In this document: in pieces, positions 31,804 through 41,893 of the stretch | Layout: the number at the start of each line of letters is the position of its first letter | How positions within the stretch are numbered: the first letter of the stretch is position 1 | Position numbers and translations under genes: made by a program | UHGV virus genome: UHGV-0023958 | DNA: 64,000 nt | Direction: 5' to 3' (one strand) | Source of the DNA: a virus | Notes under the pieces: model-generated | What the model was told of the DNA's origin: nothing | The model's database searches: none | The model's input: the letters and a program-made list of their open reading frames with translations, nothing else

Positions 31804-31897
31804 TCCAAGCGATGCGCACGCTTGATTATTTATATATTATTTCAGGGTTCGCGATGTAGCCATAATTGCATCAGCCCTTCAGAGCAAAGGAAATAGT

Positions 31898-32240
31898 TAT
31901 GGAAAAAGTTTTATTGAGTGCAAAGCAAGCAGCAGAGTTGTCATTGAACAAAGGGTATGAGTGGTTTAAAAACCAAGTTTTCAAACAGATTCGTGAAACA
32001 GCCGAGAGAGGCGAAAGTGAATTGCATTGGGGAATTTCTTACCCGTTCTTGAAAAAGTACCTTGAAGATACGTCCGATACAATTTTTAGCACGCCTTCTA
32101 TTGGGAATATCTATATTACAAATATTCGTAAAATCAAATCTCTTTTATTGGATTTTGGATATACGGTCAAATTCATAACATGCGAGGATGATGATTTTTA
32201 CGAACTAGTAACAGAACTTGTTATTACATGGTACAATTAA
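31898..32240 (+). CDS. hypothetical protein
   Basis: SD AAGGAAAT then ATG 31898. Confidence 0.4.
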
Positions 32241-32256
32241 ATAAAGCATAAAACAG

Positions 32257-32289
32257 GAAACGCTCTTAATCGGGCGTTTCTTTTATTTT
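32257..32289 (+). terminator. rho-independent terminator
   Basis: GAAACGC-tcttaatcgg-GCGTTTC then TTTTATTTT. Confidence 0.6.
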
Positions 32290-32634
32290 GCTCTGTAACA
32301 CGTCAAATTTAAACGATATACACAAATCGATAACTTATACCACTCAAACATTCTTGTGCAAATTTGGGGCTATTCTGTCAACGTAGGAAGGTTTTAAGCT
32401 AACAAGCGAGCAAGCTAATTATCTTAATCTCCCACTCTTTATTATAATCGCTTAAAATACTCTTAAATTGGGTGATATGACATTGGTCGATGGGATTTAT
32501 CGAGCGAAGCAAAGATATGCAAAATAAGTGCTATTTTGTAAGCCAGGATTGATTATAACATATATTCTTTATATATAACAAAATAAATGTTAAATGATGA
32601 GAAAAATATTTTTAGTGTATTTGCGTGAAATTAG

Positions 32635-32663
32635 TTGACATTTCTACTTTTATATGATATAAT
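32635..32663 (+). promoter_or_regulatory. sigma70-type promoter
   Basis: TTGACA(32635-32640) -17- TATAAT(32658-32663). Confidence 0.6.
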
Positions 32664-32687
32664 TGTATTATAAAAGAGGTATTAATT

Positions 32688-32939
32688 ATGGAACTCAAAG
32701 ATGCAAAGAAACTTATCAAAAAGATCGGTGTAAAATCCTGGATTGAATCAGGTACGAATGTTGTTATGGTTGGCGATAAACTTATTGATCCGACCGAATC
32801 TTTCTCAAGACTTGATTATTACACAAAACACCTGGGGATAAAGTTCTGCGGCGAAGATGAGCTTACTGTTCCGTGTGGTGAAATATGTCTTAATAACGAC
32901 ATGTTAATTTTTTATAATGTAATTACTGAGATATTGTGA
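32688..32939 (+). CDS. hypothetical protein
   Basis: SD AAAGAGGT then ATG. Confidence 0.4.
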   Translation: MELKDAKKLIKKIGVKSWIESGTNVVMVGDKLIDPTESFSRLDYYTKHLGIKFCGEDELTVPCGEICLNNDMLIFYNVITEIL

Positions 32940-32963
32940 AAATATTCGTTATCGCTCATTATT

Positions 32964-32998
32964 AATCCAGTTGGTGAGTGTTACTACCCAACTGGATT
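32964..32998 (+). terminator. terminator hairpin ending the left arm
   Basis: AATCCAGTTGG..CCAACTGGATT, 11-bp stem. Confidence 0.5.
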
Positions 32999-33239
32999 GT
33001 CTTAAAGGTTAATTTAAAGGTCTAAAGATACTGACTAAAATAAGTATAAAAAGGTAAAGGCAGTTGGTTTAACGAAGTAACAAGAAAATATTGTAACTTG
33101 GATTGAGAAAGATGTAATTTATAGAAGATAGTTTTATATAGGTTAAAATGGCTGAAACCCTTTATTTTAAAGGGATTGAAGCGTTTTTAGAAGTATAAAA
33201 ATTCTATAATATAGAAATTGTTTTTCAACAATTTCCGCG

Positions 33240-33540
33240 CAAGCGCAGAATAATTATTCTATATTTTTATATTTGCTGTGTGGTTTTAGCACGAAAAATA
33301 CCGGTGTATGTGAATTTATGATGTTTGTGTTGGTTTATGGTTGATTATTGTGTACTTGGCTTATATGAGTTTATAGGTGTTTGGTGTGAATTTATATGAT
33401 TATATATGGCTTATAGTTGATTTATATAGTTTTATGATGTGTGTTTATAATATATTTTATAATAGTTTTATAATAATTTAGTGATTTTATATGGTTTTAT
33501 GATATGTTCTCTTTTTCTTTATAAAAAAAAGAGAATCAAA
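33240..33540. repeat. AT/GT-rich iteron-like degenerate direct repeats (TTTATATG / TTTATGAT units)
   Basis: repeated gtgaatttat..gat, ggcttata..gatttata.., ttttatgatgtg units; flanked by palindromes at 33150-33260. Confidence 0.45.
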
Positions 33541-33685
33541 AACACCAAATTTTACCCTAAATCCAAAATTTCCAACTTTATCCCAACCCCGTCGGTTTAA
33601 GTTCAAACTAAAACCAAAATAATGTATAAAAAAATATCCGCCGCCCGAAAGGGCGAAGGATATTTGTCATATTTGTCTTTGAATA

Positions 33686-33762
33686 AAAAGTTGTCAAACG
33701 TTCCGGTATATAAGTGTTCTATTACTATATTATTATATACCCAGTAGTTTGACAACTTTTTT
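33686..33762. terminator. bidirectional terminator, 14-bp inverted repeat with T-runs on both sides
   Basis: AAAAGTTGTCAAAC..GTTTGACAACTTTTTT. Confidence 0.5.
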
Positions 33763-33772
33763 GTCTTAAATC

Positions 33773-35233
33773 TTAAAAATCTAAATCCTCAATCTCGTCT
33801 TTGTATAAAATTCCATCTTCAGTCTTCTCTAATAAATGTTTCAATTTCTTACCATTTGACATACCGCGTTCGAAAGCGTAACTACAAACCAGTTCGTTTA
33901 AACTCATGGTTGTATGTTGTAAGAATTCTTGAATTTTTACAAAAGACTCATCGGCATAAACCGTATCTGCTTTTGTAACATAAGCGTCATTTTTATAATC
34001 TTCTATCTCTTGAGCTTTTTCAAGCTTATTAAGATATTCTTTTGTTTGATCGTAAAAATAATCATTTATATTACGATTTTGAAGCATAAGACATTTTCGT
34101 TCTTGAGATTTACAATATTGGAAAAACTGTTCCTCTTCAACAGCTGATTTAACATCTTCTTTAATCGCTTTATTTAAAGAATCATTATGTTTTGATAAAG
34201 TTCTTTGTTTATGAGCTTCTTTGAATTTACCTTGAATAAATTTTCTTAAATCAGAATCGCTAATCATTCGTTTGGCTATGTCTTCACATTGTTGATCTTG
34301 TGAGACAATTACAATATAACTTGATAATCCGATTAATCCGAGATGTTTAAGAATTAATCTATCCAAATCATAATAGAATTGATCTCTGTTTTCTTGATTG
34401 AGTTCTGTTACATACTTAACGTTATATTTTTCCAGAAGTTTCTTTTGAATAAGAAGATATTTTCTCAGCTCTTCTTTTTCTTCAAGCATCACAAAGTTAT
34501 AATCTTTCTTAATCTTATTATCATAAACAGATCTGATTTTTCCGCTCTCCAAAGCTTCTAAAACCTTTTGTTGAGATTCTGGCGTAAGCTTATAAGCACC
34601 ATATCTTTCAGTTTTGAAAATAGCATGTTTATTTGTAAGCTTTGTGCAAGCAGATTGGAAAGCATGATCAAAAGACGAAGTTGTGTTTCGATAAAAGAAA
34701 TCAAGATTAATAACCGCGTTTTCACTATGTTCATCTTGGTATTCTTCGTAATTATTAAATCTTACGTCAATTGTAGAAAGTAATTGATTTCTGCTATCTT
34801 CGTCATAAGGTTTCCAATGGCTGTTCGCCATTCCGAGTAACTCATACCAATAACGTTTTGTTAAGGCAACTGGATTACATTCGGCTTGTGAAAGTATAAC
34901 GCTTAAAGTTAAAGCAACATAATCGGATAAAGGAATTTTTTTGTTGATTTGTTTTGTAATCGGAATTTCATTTGTTTTGATTTTGGTGAACTCTACAGAA
35001 TTACCACTTTTGATACAGTCGGTGTTTTTTAATATTAAGTCTTTGGTTTGCATCATCGCACCTCCTGTACAATATTTCAGTCCTAAATCTTCAAAAACTT
35101 CTTTCCAATTCTTGTAACGATAATTGATTTTGAGATTTGATAAATCAATCTTTCTCAATACTTGAGGATCGCTGATTTTTTGTTGAATAATGTAGTTGTC
35201 AATACGTTTTTGAATATCAGTCTACTACGTCAT
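33773..35233 (-). CDS. hypothetical protein whose codons 3 and 4 are both TAG
   Basis: minus-strand promoter TTGACA -17- TATAAT (35284-35312), SD AAAGGAG, ATG at 35233-35231, then ACG TAG TAG ACT in frame with the 461-codon ORF listed in the track. Confidence 0.55.
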
Positions 35234-35283
35234 GATAAACACTCCTTTTGGGCATAGTACACCCATTTAGATTTTATATAAAT

Positions 35284-35312
35284 ATTATAACACAAAATCA
35301 GAAAAATGTCAA
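35284..35312 (-). promoter_or_regulatory. sigma70-type promoter (minus strand)
   Basis: on the minus strand, TTGACA -17- TATAAT. Confidence 0.6.
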
Positions 35313-35501
35313 CTGATTTTGCGTGAAAAACAAAAGATTTTTAAATATTTCTTCCTTTAAGGGAAAATCGCTACAAGCCTTTAAAATAAAGGACTTTTTT
35401 GAAAGTTTAGGAGATTTGTATTTTTAAACACTAACTTATCCGCCGCCCGAACACCGATAAAAATAAATTCAAATAAATTCATAAAAACCCCTTAAAAATA
35501 C

Positions 35502-35530
35502 TTGACAAATTCAAATAAATATAGTATAAT
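35502..35530 (+). promoter_or_regulatory. sigma70-type promoter
   Basis: TTGACA(35502-35507) -17- TATAAT(35525-35530). Confidence 0.6.
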
Positions 35531-35577
35531 TAATATATAAATATTGGGCGGTCCGCCGCCCGAAAGGAGAAAAAAAA

Positions 35578-36611
35578 TGAAACTTGAAGACATGAGAGTC
35601 GGTGCATTTGTCAAGTGCACAAAGCCAGAATGGGATTGCTACGGCGATATGTTCGAAATCACAAAGAAATATCCAGACGGTAAATGGGAAAATGGAAAAT
35701 GGGAACTTGAAACAATAAAATGTGCCAGAGGAGCTTTAAAAGAAACTCTTAAAGGAGTGCAATATAAAACCGTTGTAACACAAAAGACTTTACAACATAA
35801 TTTTAAACTCGATAAAGAACATACGGCAAAAAGAGAACTTAAAATCGTTTGCCGCGCAGATGGTACAACATTTATTAGTGATGGCACGGTGTGTGAAAAT
35901 GTAGGTCTTTATCATGAAGACAAATACGATGAATTTGTCGGTGCTGTAGAAGCATTGGCAAAGTTTTATGGCAGGAAATCTCCGTTTGATGAAATCGAAG
36001 AATTGAAAGAAGCTGTACGGACGGCGGAAGAGCCTGTTGAAGCAACCGAAGTAAGCGACGAATGGTCAACCGTAGAGAAAGAAGAGCCGAAATCTCACTC
36101 ACCAGTAGACGATATGGATCTCACGCCGCCTTTGGAAGAAGGATGTCTGATTGAAGTTTTGAAACCACAAGTAACAGAGACCGGTGAAGACGTAACTGGA
36201 GCATGGCAATATGTCTATTTTCTTGAAGACGGGGGTAAATTCAAAGACGAAGAGGGATTTCCCCGTAAAGACTTAGAGGGCATTACACATGCTGTTGTAA
36301 ATGATGTTACTAAAATTGATAACCGTAAATATTATTGGTGTGGATTGCCTTTCGCGGAGAACGAAATTAAAGTTGTTAAAGAAAGCTATCGTGATATTTG
36401 GCCAGAAGATACGACTTATAAGTTTGGCAGTCGCGTTTTCTTAAACGATAAATCATATACTTCAAATCGTAAATGTCGTGGAACAGTATTTGATTGCAGA
36501 AAAAGCAATGGTCGCACTTATTACCATGTTCATTGGGATAAGAAAAACGTTCATCGCAGATGTGATGAAGAGTGGGTTGAAGAAATTTCTCTTCATTCAT
36601 CGCTTTATTAA
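35578..36611 (+). CDS. hypothetical protein
   Basis: SD AAAGGAGAA then ATG 35578; followed by terminator. Confidence 0.5.
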
Positions 36612-36620
36612 AATAATTAT

Positions 36621-36650
36621 AAGGGCGGCGGATAGCCGCCCTTTTTCTTT
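36621..36650 (+). terminator. rho-independent terminator
   Basis: AAGGGCGGC-ggata-GCCGCCCTT then TTTTTCTTT. Confidence 0.65.
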
Positions 36651-36867
36651 GTTTATTATCCGCCGCCCAAGGACGGCTTTAAATAAGCCTACATTGCGTA
36701 TCTTATCTTACCTGATAGATTATACCAGCAAATCGAAACGTACGAAATTAGACGATGTTTTGTAAGCCAAGGGTGATTATAATATCTTATGCGGGCGGCG
36801 GCTTAAAAAAATAATCGGTCAGCTCGAAAATTCTTTAAAAAATATTTTAAAAACATATCAAAATCAG

Positions 36868-36896
36868 TTGACTTTTTCCAAGAAATATGTTATACT
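36868..36896 (+). promoter_or_regulatory. sigma70-type promoter firing into an ORF-poor structured region
   Basis: TTGACT(36868-36873) -17- TATACT(36891-36896). Confidence 0.55.
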
Positions 36897-36902
36897 ATAC
36901 GT

Positions 36903-37421
36903 GTCGAAAGGTTGAGAGAGAAATCTCAAGATATTCTCATTGAATCCCCCATAAAACAACTACAAAATTAAATCAACCTTTCGACCATCATAGCTTATAG
37001 AAGAGAGGGATGAATCGATCCACACGTTCATAACAATCCTCCTAAAATTTTACATCCATTAAGTTTGATTTCTCCCTCTCTTAAATTTATCTACAGTGCC
37101 GTGCAGGAGCGTTTGCGATTCGTTCTTTGTTTGGTCTATTCATATTTGTTACTCCTTGGAAGACAGTCGGTCGAAAGATCGGCTGTTTTCTTGTTATATA
37201 TAAACAAACCGACGGTCAACCGTTTTTATCAATGGTTCAAGGGCGGCCTTCAACCCATCTTAGCGCGGCGCGGCGCGTAAATCCTCGCATAATAATCCCT
37301 CGCGTATCTTACTATTTGTATAGCGCAACTTTGGGGTTCGATGCGCTTGGGTGTTATTATATCCTTTAAAGAGTTTGTGAAGTTCTAAGGTTTGGCGGAT
37401 AAGATTATTCTCCTATCCGCC
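36903..37421 (+). ncRNA. candidate structured non-coding transcript
   Basis: starts at a 13-bp long-range inverted repeat GTCGAAAGGTTGA(36903-36915)/TCAACCTTTCGAC(36973-36985); second helix AAGAGAGGGA(37001-37010)/TCCCTCTCTT(37073-37082); ends near hairpin GGCGGATAAG..TATCCGCC (37393-37421); no convincing plus-strand ORF. Confidence 0.3.
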
Positions 37422-37433
37422 GCCCGTCAACTG

Positions 37434-37664
37434 CTAGTTAAGTATGATAACTTCTTGATATCCATCAATCATAAACGTCAAGATTCTTGCCTCCCCTATT
37501 TCAATTATATGAGTAGTTGGATCATTGAGAATTTCTTCTGCAATAATCTCTGCTTCGTATTCGCGCGCTTCTTTTCCGACAACGCCACGAATTTCGTTAA
37601 TCGTTTCTCCTGCTTCTTTACAAAACAGGTAAACACACCAACCGATAAGAATTAAAAGTATCAT
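37434..37664 (-). CDS. hypothetical small membrane protein, last ORF of the minus-strand block
   Basis: ORF track; hydrophobic N-terminus. Confidence 0.35.
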   Translation of the reverse strand: MILLILIGWCVYLFCKEAGETINEIRGVVGKEAREYEAEIIAEEILNDPTTHIIEIGEARILTFMIDGYQEVIILN

Positions 37665-37807
37665 AATTCACCTCAAATAATAAAATTTGTTCGAAGCCTC
37701 GCTCTTCGATAGCGGTTTGCTAATTTGGCGGATCTTTCGGTGGAAATGCACCATGGAGCCAAAGCCAAAAGCAAACAATAACAAATAGTAGACTAATTAG
37801 CATTAGC

Positions 37808-38260
37808 TTACATCACCTCCTTTCCGATTTTAATAATATTATCGATATTGAGCGTAAACATATTTCCGTTTGAGTGCAGAAGTTGTTTCGTGTTCAAATA
37901 TCCATAATTAACCAAAAATGACTTTCTCTCAATTTGGCCGTTGAGAAGATATTTCACCTTTGGTTTGTTTGGCGAAAGAAATGCTTGCAGATATAAACGG
38001 TTTTCATCGTAATTACTCTTCACGATACCGCTTATATTCGTCGGAGAGAACCATATATCAGAGGCTGTCGGTTTATAATTTAACCCGATACGAACCGTCA
38101 TTCTGACGAGCTTATTTACGCTGTAATGGTTCGCTTTCGCCTTGTCGGTTCTTACATCAATCTTATATAAGATCTTCACGTAAGAGCACTTTTTGTACGT
38201 TGAGAGAAATTTTACAAGTTTATCATAAGTCATAACTCCAACCCTCCTCGACTTTTTCAC
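37808..38260 (-). CDS. hypothetical protein
   Basis: ORF track. Confidence 0.4.
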   Translation of the reverse strand: MKKSRRVGVMTYDKLVKFLSTYKKCSYVKILYKIDVRTDKAKANHYSVNKLVRMTVRIGLNYKPTASDIWFSPTNISGIVKSNYDENRLYLQAFLSPNKPKVKYLLNGQIERKSFLVNYGYLNTKQLLHSNGNMFTLNIDNIIKIGKEVM

Positions 38261-38600
38261 GAATTTTAATAATTTGCGAACGTTTATCGCATTTCAAAGC
38301 GGCTTTATAATCTTTGACTTTCGGGAAAATTCTGAAATCAAACAAGAAATCCTTGAATTGATTCAAGATGAACATTTTCTTTTCTGGTGAAAGATTGTAT
38401 TTCACGCCTTCTGCTTCGAGCTCTGCTTTTGCTTGTTTGTAAAGCTTTTTGTTTTGATGTTTAAGAAGCTTTTCAATCTCGCTTTCAATGCGTACTTCAC
38501 AATCGTAAAGTTTGTCTACGTCAACCTTCGGTTTTTCACCGAAGGTTTCGCAAAGTTCTTTGTATTCGTCTTTGTAATTGTCATAACGTTCTTGTTTCAT
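38223..38600 (-). CDS. hypothetical protein
   Basis: ORF track. Confidence 0.4.
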   Translation of the reverse strand: MKQERYDNYKDEYKELCETFGEKPKVDVDKLYDCEVRIESEIEKLLKHQNKKLYKQAKAELEAEGVKYNLSPEKKMFILNQFKDFLFDFRIFPKVKDYKAALKCDKRSQIIKIREKVEEGWSYDL

Positions 38601-38614
38601 AATCTTATATCTCC

Positions 38615-38914
38615 TTAAACATTCAATGCTTCGATTTCACGGACAATAAGCTGACCGTCCCAACCAACTTCATATATGGCTTCTACCACATAATCCGTGT
38701 ACCTTGCTCCTGGCTGCACATAATAATCAGAACCGTCGTGCATACCGTATTCTTTTTCGAGATAATCTCTGATTTCGCCCAAAGATTTATCTTTCAAAAG
38801 ATTGTATTCTTCTTCGGGAACGTGAAAAACAATAATACTTTCGTTTCGTTCCCAGCCCTTGCGTTCTGCGTCTTCCAAGTTGTAAGTTAATTCTGTTCTT
38901 CCGATTTCGTACAT
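38615..38914 (-). CDS. hypothetical protein
   Basis: SD AAAGGAGAA then ATG on minus strand. Confidence 0.4.
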   Translation of the reverse strand: MYEIGRTELTYNLEDAERKGWERNESIIVFHVPEEEYNLLKDKSLGEIRDYLEKEYGMHDGSDYYVQPGARYTDYVVEAIYEVGWDGQLIVREIEALNV

Positions 38915-39342
38915 GATATTTATTCTCCTTTAAATTATTTCGTATTCATAATTTCCGAAAAGTTGCTTTGCTTCTTCGAGACTGATTTTGACAATATTCG
39001 GTTCAAAGCTCACGTCTCGTTCGTTTAAATAAGCGACCGCATTTTTCTTGCGTTTAAAGAGAACGAATTTCTTATTCTCTCCAAGTACGTGTATTCCTTC
39101 CTTGTCAAACCATTCACACATCCAAAACATTTTAAAGTACCTCCTTTAATTTACGTGCAAGTTCCGAATAAAACTCTTCCATTTCTTTTGCATGTTCCAG
39201 CTTTTTATCCAACTCTTCGTCATAATGACCGAGTTTGTCATATTCAACTTCGAGCTTATAACGGTCACATCTGAATTCTCCTTCAACGTAACCAACGCAA
39301 GCGATTACCTTTTGTATTTCGAGTTTCGTGAGTTTAATCATT

Positions 39343-39930
39343 TTATTTGTCCTCCAAAATAATTTTCTTTGATTGTAATTTGACTTTGCATTTTCCGCAT
39401 TGGTATCTCTGCGGATCTCTTACGATGCCGCATAAGCTTTTATATTTCCAAGTTGCGAGACAACAAGGACACCAAACCATATATTTAAACGTGGTTCTTT
39501 TTGGTGCTTCGAGAATGGCTTTATTAAACGTTTCGCTATCTGCACGAACAGTTGCTTTGTAGCCCCATTTCTCGCCGATTTTATCTGAACGAACTTTCCA
39601 CAAATACGAATGATGTTCTTTCGGTGTAACGAAATGACCGAGTTCATGGCAAATCGTTTTGCGAATTTGTTCATAATCTTGTTTAAGATTTGAACTAACC
39701 GTGATGATACACCGAGAATATCTGATTTTGTCAACACTCCTTTCATACGGATTAATCACGCTGTAAGCACATCTTCCAAGGTGTGAGCGAGAATTATCCA
39801 CATAAAGTTCTGGTGTGCAATTTTCGAAGTATCTCGGATAAAGCCGTTTGGCTTCTCCGAGACATTCATTCCAAATCTCGATGATTTTGCTGTCAGTTAC
39901 ATCTTTTTGTGTGCGTTTACGATAAATCAT
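39343..39930 (-). CDS. SprT-like zinc metallopeptidase domain protein
   Basis: HExxH motif ICHELGHFV plus C-terminal zinc ribbon CPCC..CGKC. Confidence 0.5.
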   Translation of the reverse strand: MIYRKRTQKDVTDSKIIEIWNECLGEAKRLYPRYFENCTPELYVDNSRSHLGRCAYSVINPYERSVDKIRYSRCIITVSSNLKQDYEQIRKTICHELGHFVTPKEHHSYLWKVRSDKIGEKWGYKATVRADSETFNKAILEAPKRTTFKYMVWCPCCLATWKYKSLCGIVRDPQRYQCGKCKVKLQSKKIILEDK

Positions 39931-39956
39931 AATCTATATCTCCTTAAAATTTAATT

Positions 39957-40298
39957 TTATCTTAACTCTGGAAAATATTGTTTCATTAACTTGAGAGTTA
40001 TTTTTCTATCCTCGAAAGCTTCCGTATTAAAACCAATACACATAGAACCATCTTTGGTCGATGTTTCCGTAATTGCGTAAGAGAGGATATAATTCTTATA
40101 TCCTCTCGGTCTTTCACCGTAGAAATAAGCGAAAGTGTTCCAGTATTCCACTTCGAATTCTTTCCCTCGAACGATGATTTTCGCACATTCTGTGCGTCCA
40201 TCGTTTGTATAGAATTTGTCAATCTCCATAAGATTTTGCATTTCTTCGTCGAAGCCTTTAAGAAACTGTTTTGCATTGAAATCGTTTTTGTTTACCAT
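39957..40298 (-). CDS. hypothetical protein
   Basis: ORF track. Confidence 0.4.
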   Translation of the reverse strand: MVNKNDFNAKQFLKGFDEEMQNLMEIDKFYTNDGRTECAKIIVRGKEFEVEYWNTFAYFYGERPRGYKNYILSYAITETSTKDGSMCIGFNTEAFEDRKITLKLMKQYFPELR

Positions 40299-40341
40299 AA
40301 TATTTATATCTCCTTTGATTTAATTTTTGTTACTTTAGATG

Positions 40342-40806
40342 TTAATTTCCAAGGATTTTATATACCTCACTGATAATATTAGGGATTACTGTCTTATTAA
40401 TTCTATTGTATTCTTCTTCGTTTTTAATGGAATCTTCTACTGGATTGGAAGAATAACCTGCAGAGCCTCTATAAATAAAATCAGAATAGTTTCTTGTAAC
40501 ATAAAAAGATTCCATAAGTTCTACTAATTTCCAAAGCTCATTATTGTTTACAGGAGTCTCTTTAAAGAATTTTTTAAAGGCATCATATCCGTTAGTATTT
40601 AAAAACATCATATCAAAATGCTGATGATTTCTTATATCTTTTGAGTTTTTTGGAGAGTTGTTATTAATAAAAGTTTCTACATAACCAAAACCCCAGTGCC
40701 AATCGCAATCCCAACTTGCTTCTTTTAAATAGTAATTAATTCCTTCACTATCTTTTCCAAGCAAATAATACTCCTTTCCATGCCAAGTAATAACTTTCTT
40801 TTCCAT
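40342..40806 (-). CDS. hypothetical protein
   Basis: ORF track. Confidence 0.4.
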   Translation of the reverse strand: MEKKVITWHGKEYYLLGKDSEGINYYLKEASWDCDWHWGFGYVETFINNNSPKNSKDIRNHQHFDMMFLNTNGYDAFKKFFKETPVNNNELWKLVELMESFYVTRNYSDFIYRGSAGYSSNPVEDSIKNEEEYNRINKTVIPNIISEVYKILGN

Positions 40807-41046
40807 AATTATTATTTACTCCTTAAAATTTAATCTTTTACATCCATTAAATATTCGTCACCAAGACAATCTGGACAACCTTTAAATATTTCATATCTTT
40901 CGGTATCTGTGTCTTTTGGAATATTTCCGTCGATTACAAATCTCTCTGTAGCTGCCAAAAACCATTGATTAATTCTTGTTTTTCACAAATAAGACTTAAA
41001 TCATTTTCGGTTTCAAACTCTTTTTCACAATTGCAACATTTAATCA
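40807..41046 (-). pseudogene. small zinc-ribbon gene split by a -1 frameshift (or a homopolymer sequencing error)
   Basis: MIKCCNCEKEF..ELINGFW in frame 0 hits TAA; the -1 frame continues ..ERFVIDGNIPKD..CPDCLGDEYLMDVKD; the switch lies near GGTTTTTGG. Confidence 0.3.
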
Positions 41047-41071
41047 TATTATTTACTCCTTAAAATTTAAA

Positions 41072-41674
41072 TCAATGTTTTTTAAACCAAACGGACATAC
41101 CTTTCTTTAATTGCCAGCATGCTTGACATTTATCGCAATGACCGACACATGGAATACTGTCCTGGGGTATTAACTCATTCCTGAAATCTTTCCCATAAAC
41201 ATAAGTCGTGGGAAGATGATAAGGATTTTCAGGAAGCCAACCGCTCCAGGCACTTAATACGATCGTCAAATTCTTTGGAATTTTCTTTCCAGAATCAAGA
41301 TAAGAATTTACGATTTCATATTTCTTTGTAAAACAAAGATAATGAGTTTCTTTGTTCTTTCTTGCAACTCTGCACATTCCTTCGAAGTATTCGGAGTCCA
41401 CGATATCTCCAGATGAATGGTATCTCACAAACCGTGATAAAGCGGTTTGCGTTGCAACACTATCAAAGAAAAGTTTCGGATTTTCTTTGTAGTGTTCAAG
41501 ATTTTCCTGCAGCGATTTTTGGACATTGTTATAAAGCCAATGTCCGTGTTTTGCATAACAACCTTTGTAACAAGGTGCGTCTGGTCTGCACGTAATTCCC
41601 GCTGGCATATTAATGCTGAGGATTTGTGCACTAAGTTTGCTATTCGTGTTACTAACATTTGCGTACTGTTTCAT
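41072..41674 (-). CDS. phage Gp37/Gp68-family (DUF5131-like) protein
   Basis: N-terminal GITCRPDAPCYKGCYA resembles the G..C....C..CYA signature of that family. Confidence 0.4.
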   Translation of the reverse strand: MKQYANVSNTNSKLSAQILSINMPAGITCRPDAPCYKGCYAKHGHWLYNNVQKSLQENLEHYKENPKLFFDSVATQTALSRFVRYHSSGDIVDSEYFEGMCRVARKNKETHYLCFTKKYEIVNSYLDSGKKIPKNLTIVLSAWSGWLPENPYHLPTTYVYGKDFRNELIPQDSIPCVGHCDKCQACWQLKKGMSVWFKKH

Positions 41675-41893
41675 CAGTCTTCGACCTCCTTATAACCTTG
41701 TTTTTTGTACTGCTCAATCATTTGTTTGATTTGAGTTTTCGGCATTTTGATTTGATCTTTCCCTCTGAAAAGGAAATAACCTTTTCTGATGGTTTTATTG
41801 TCGTTATCAACAATTGCCTGATAAGTGTTGCCGTTTTTGTCCGCGTTGGACGCGAAATACATTTTGTTTTCCATGATATTTATATCTCCTTAA

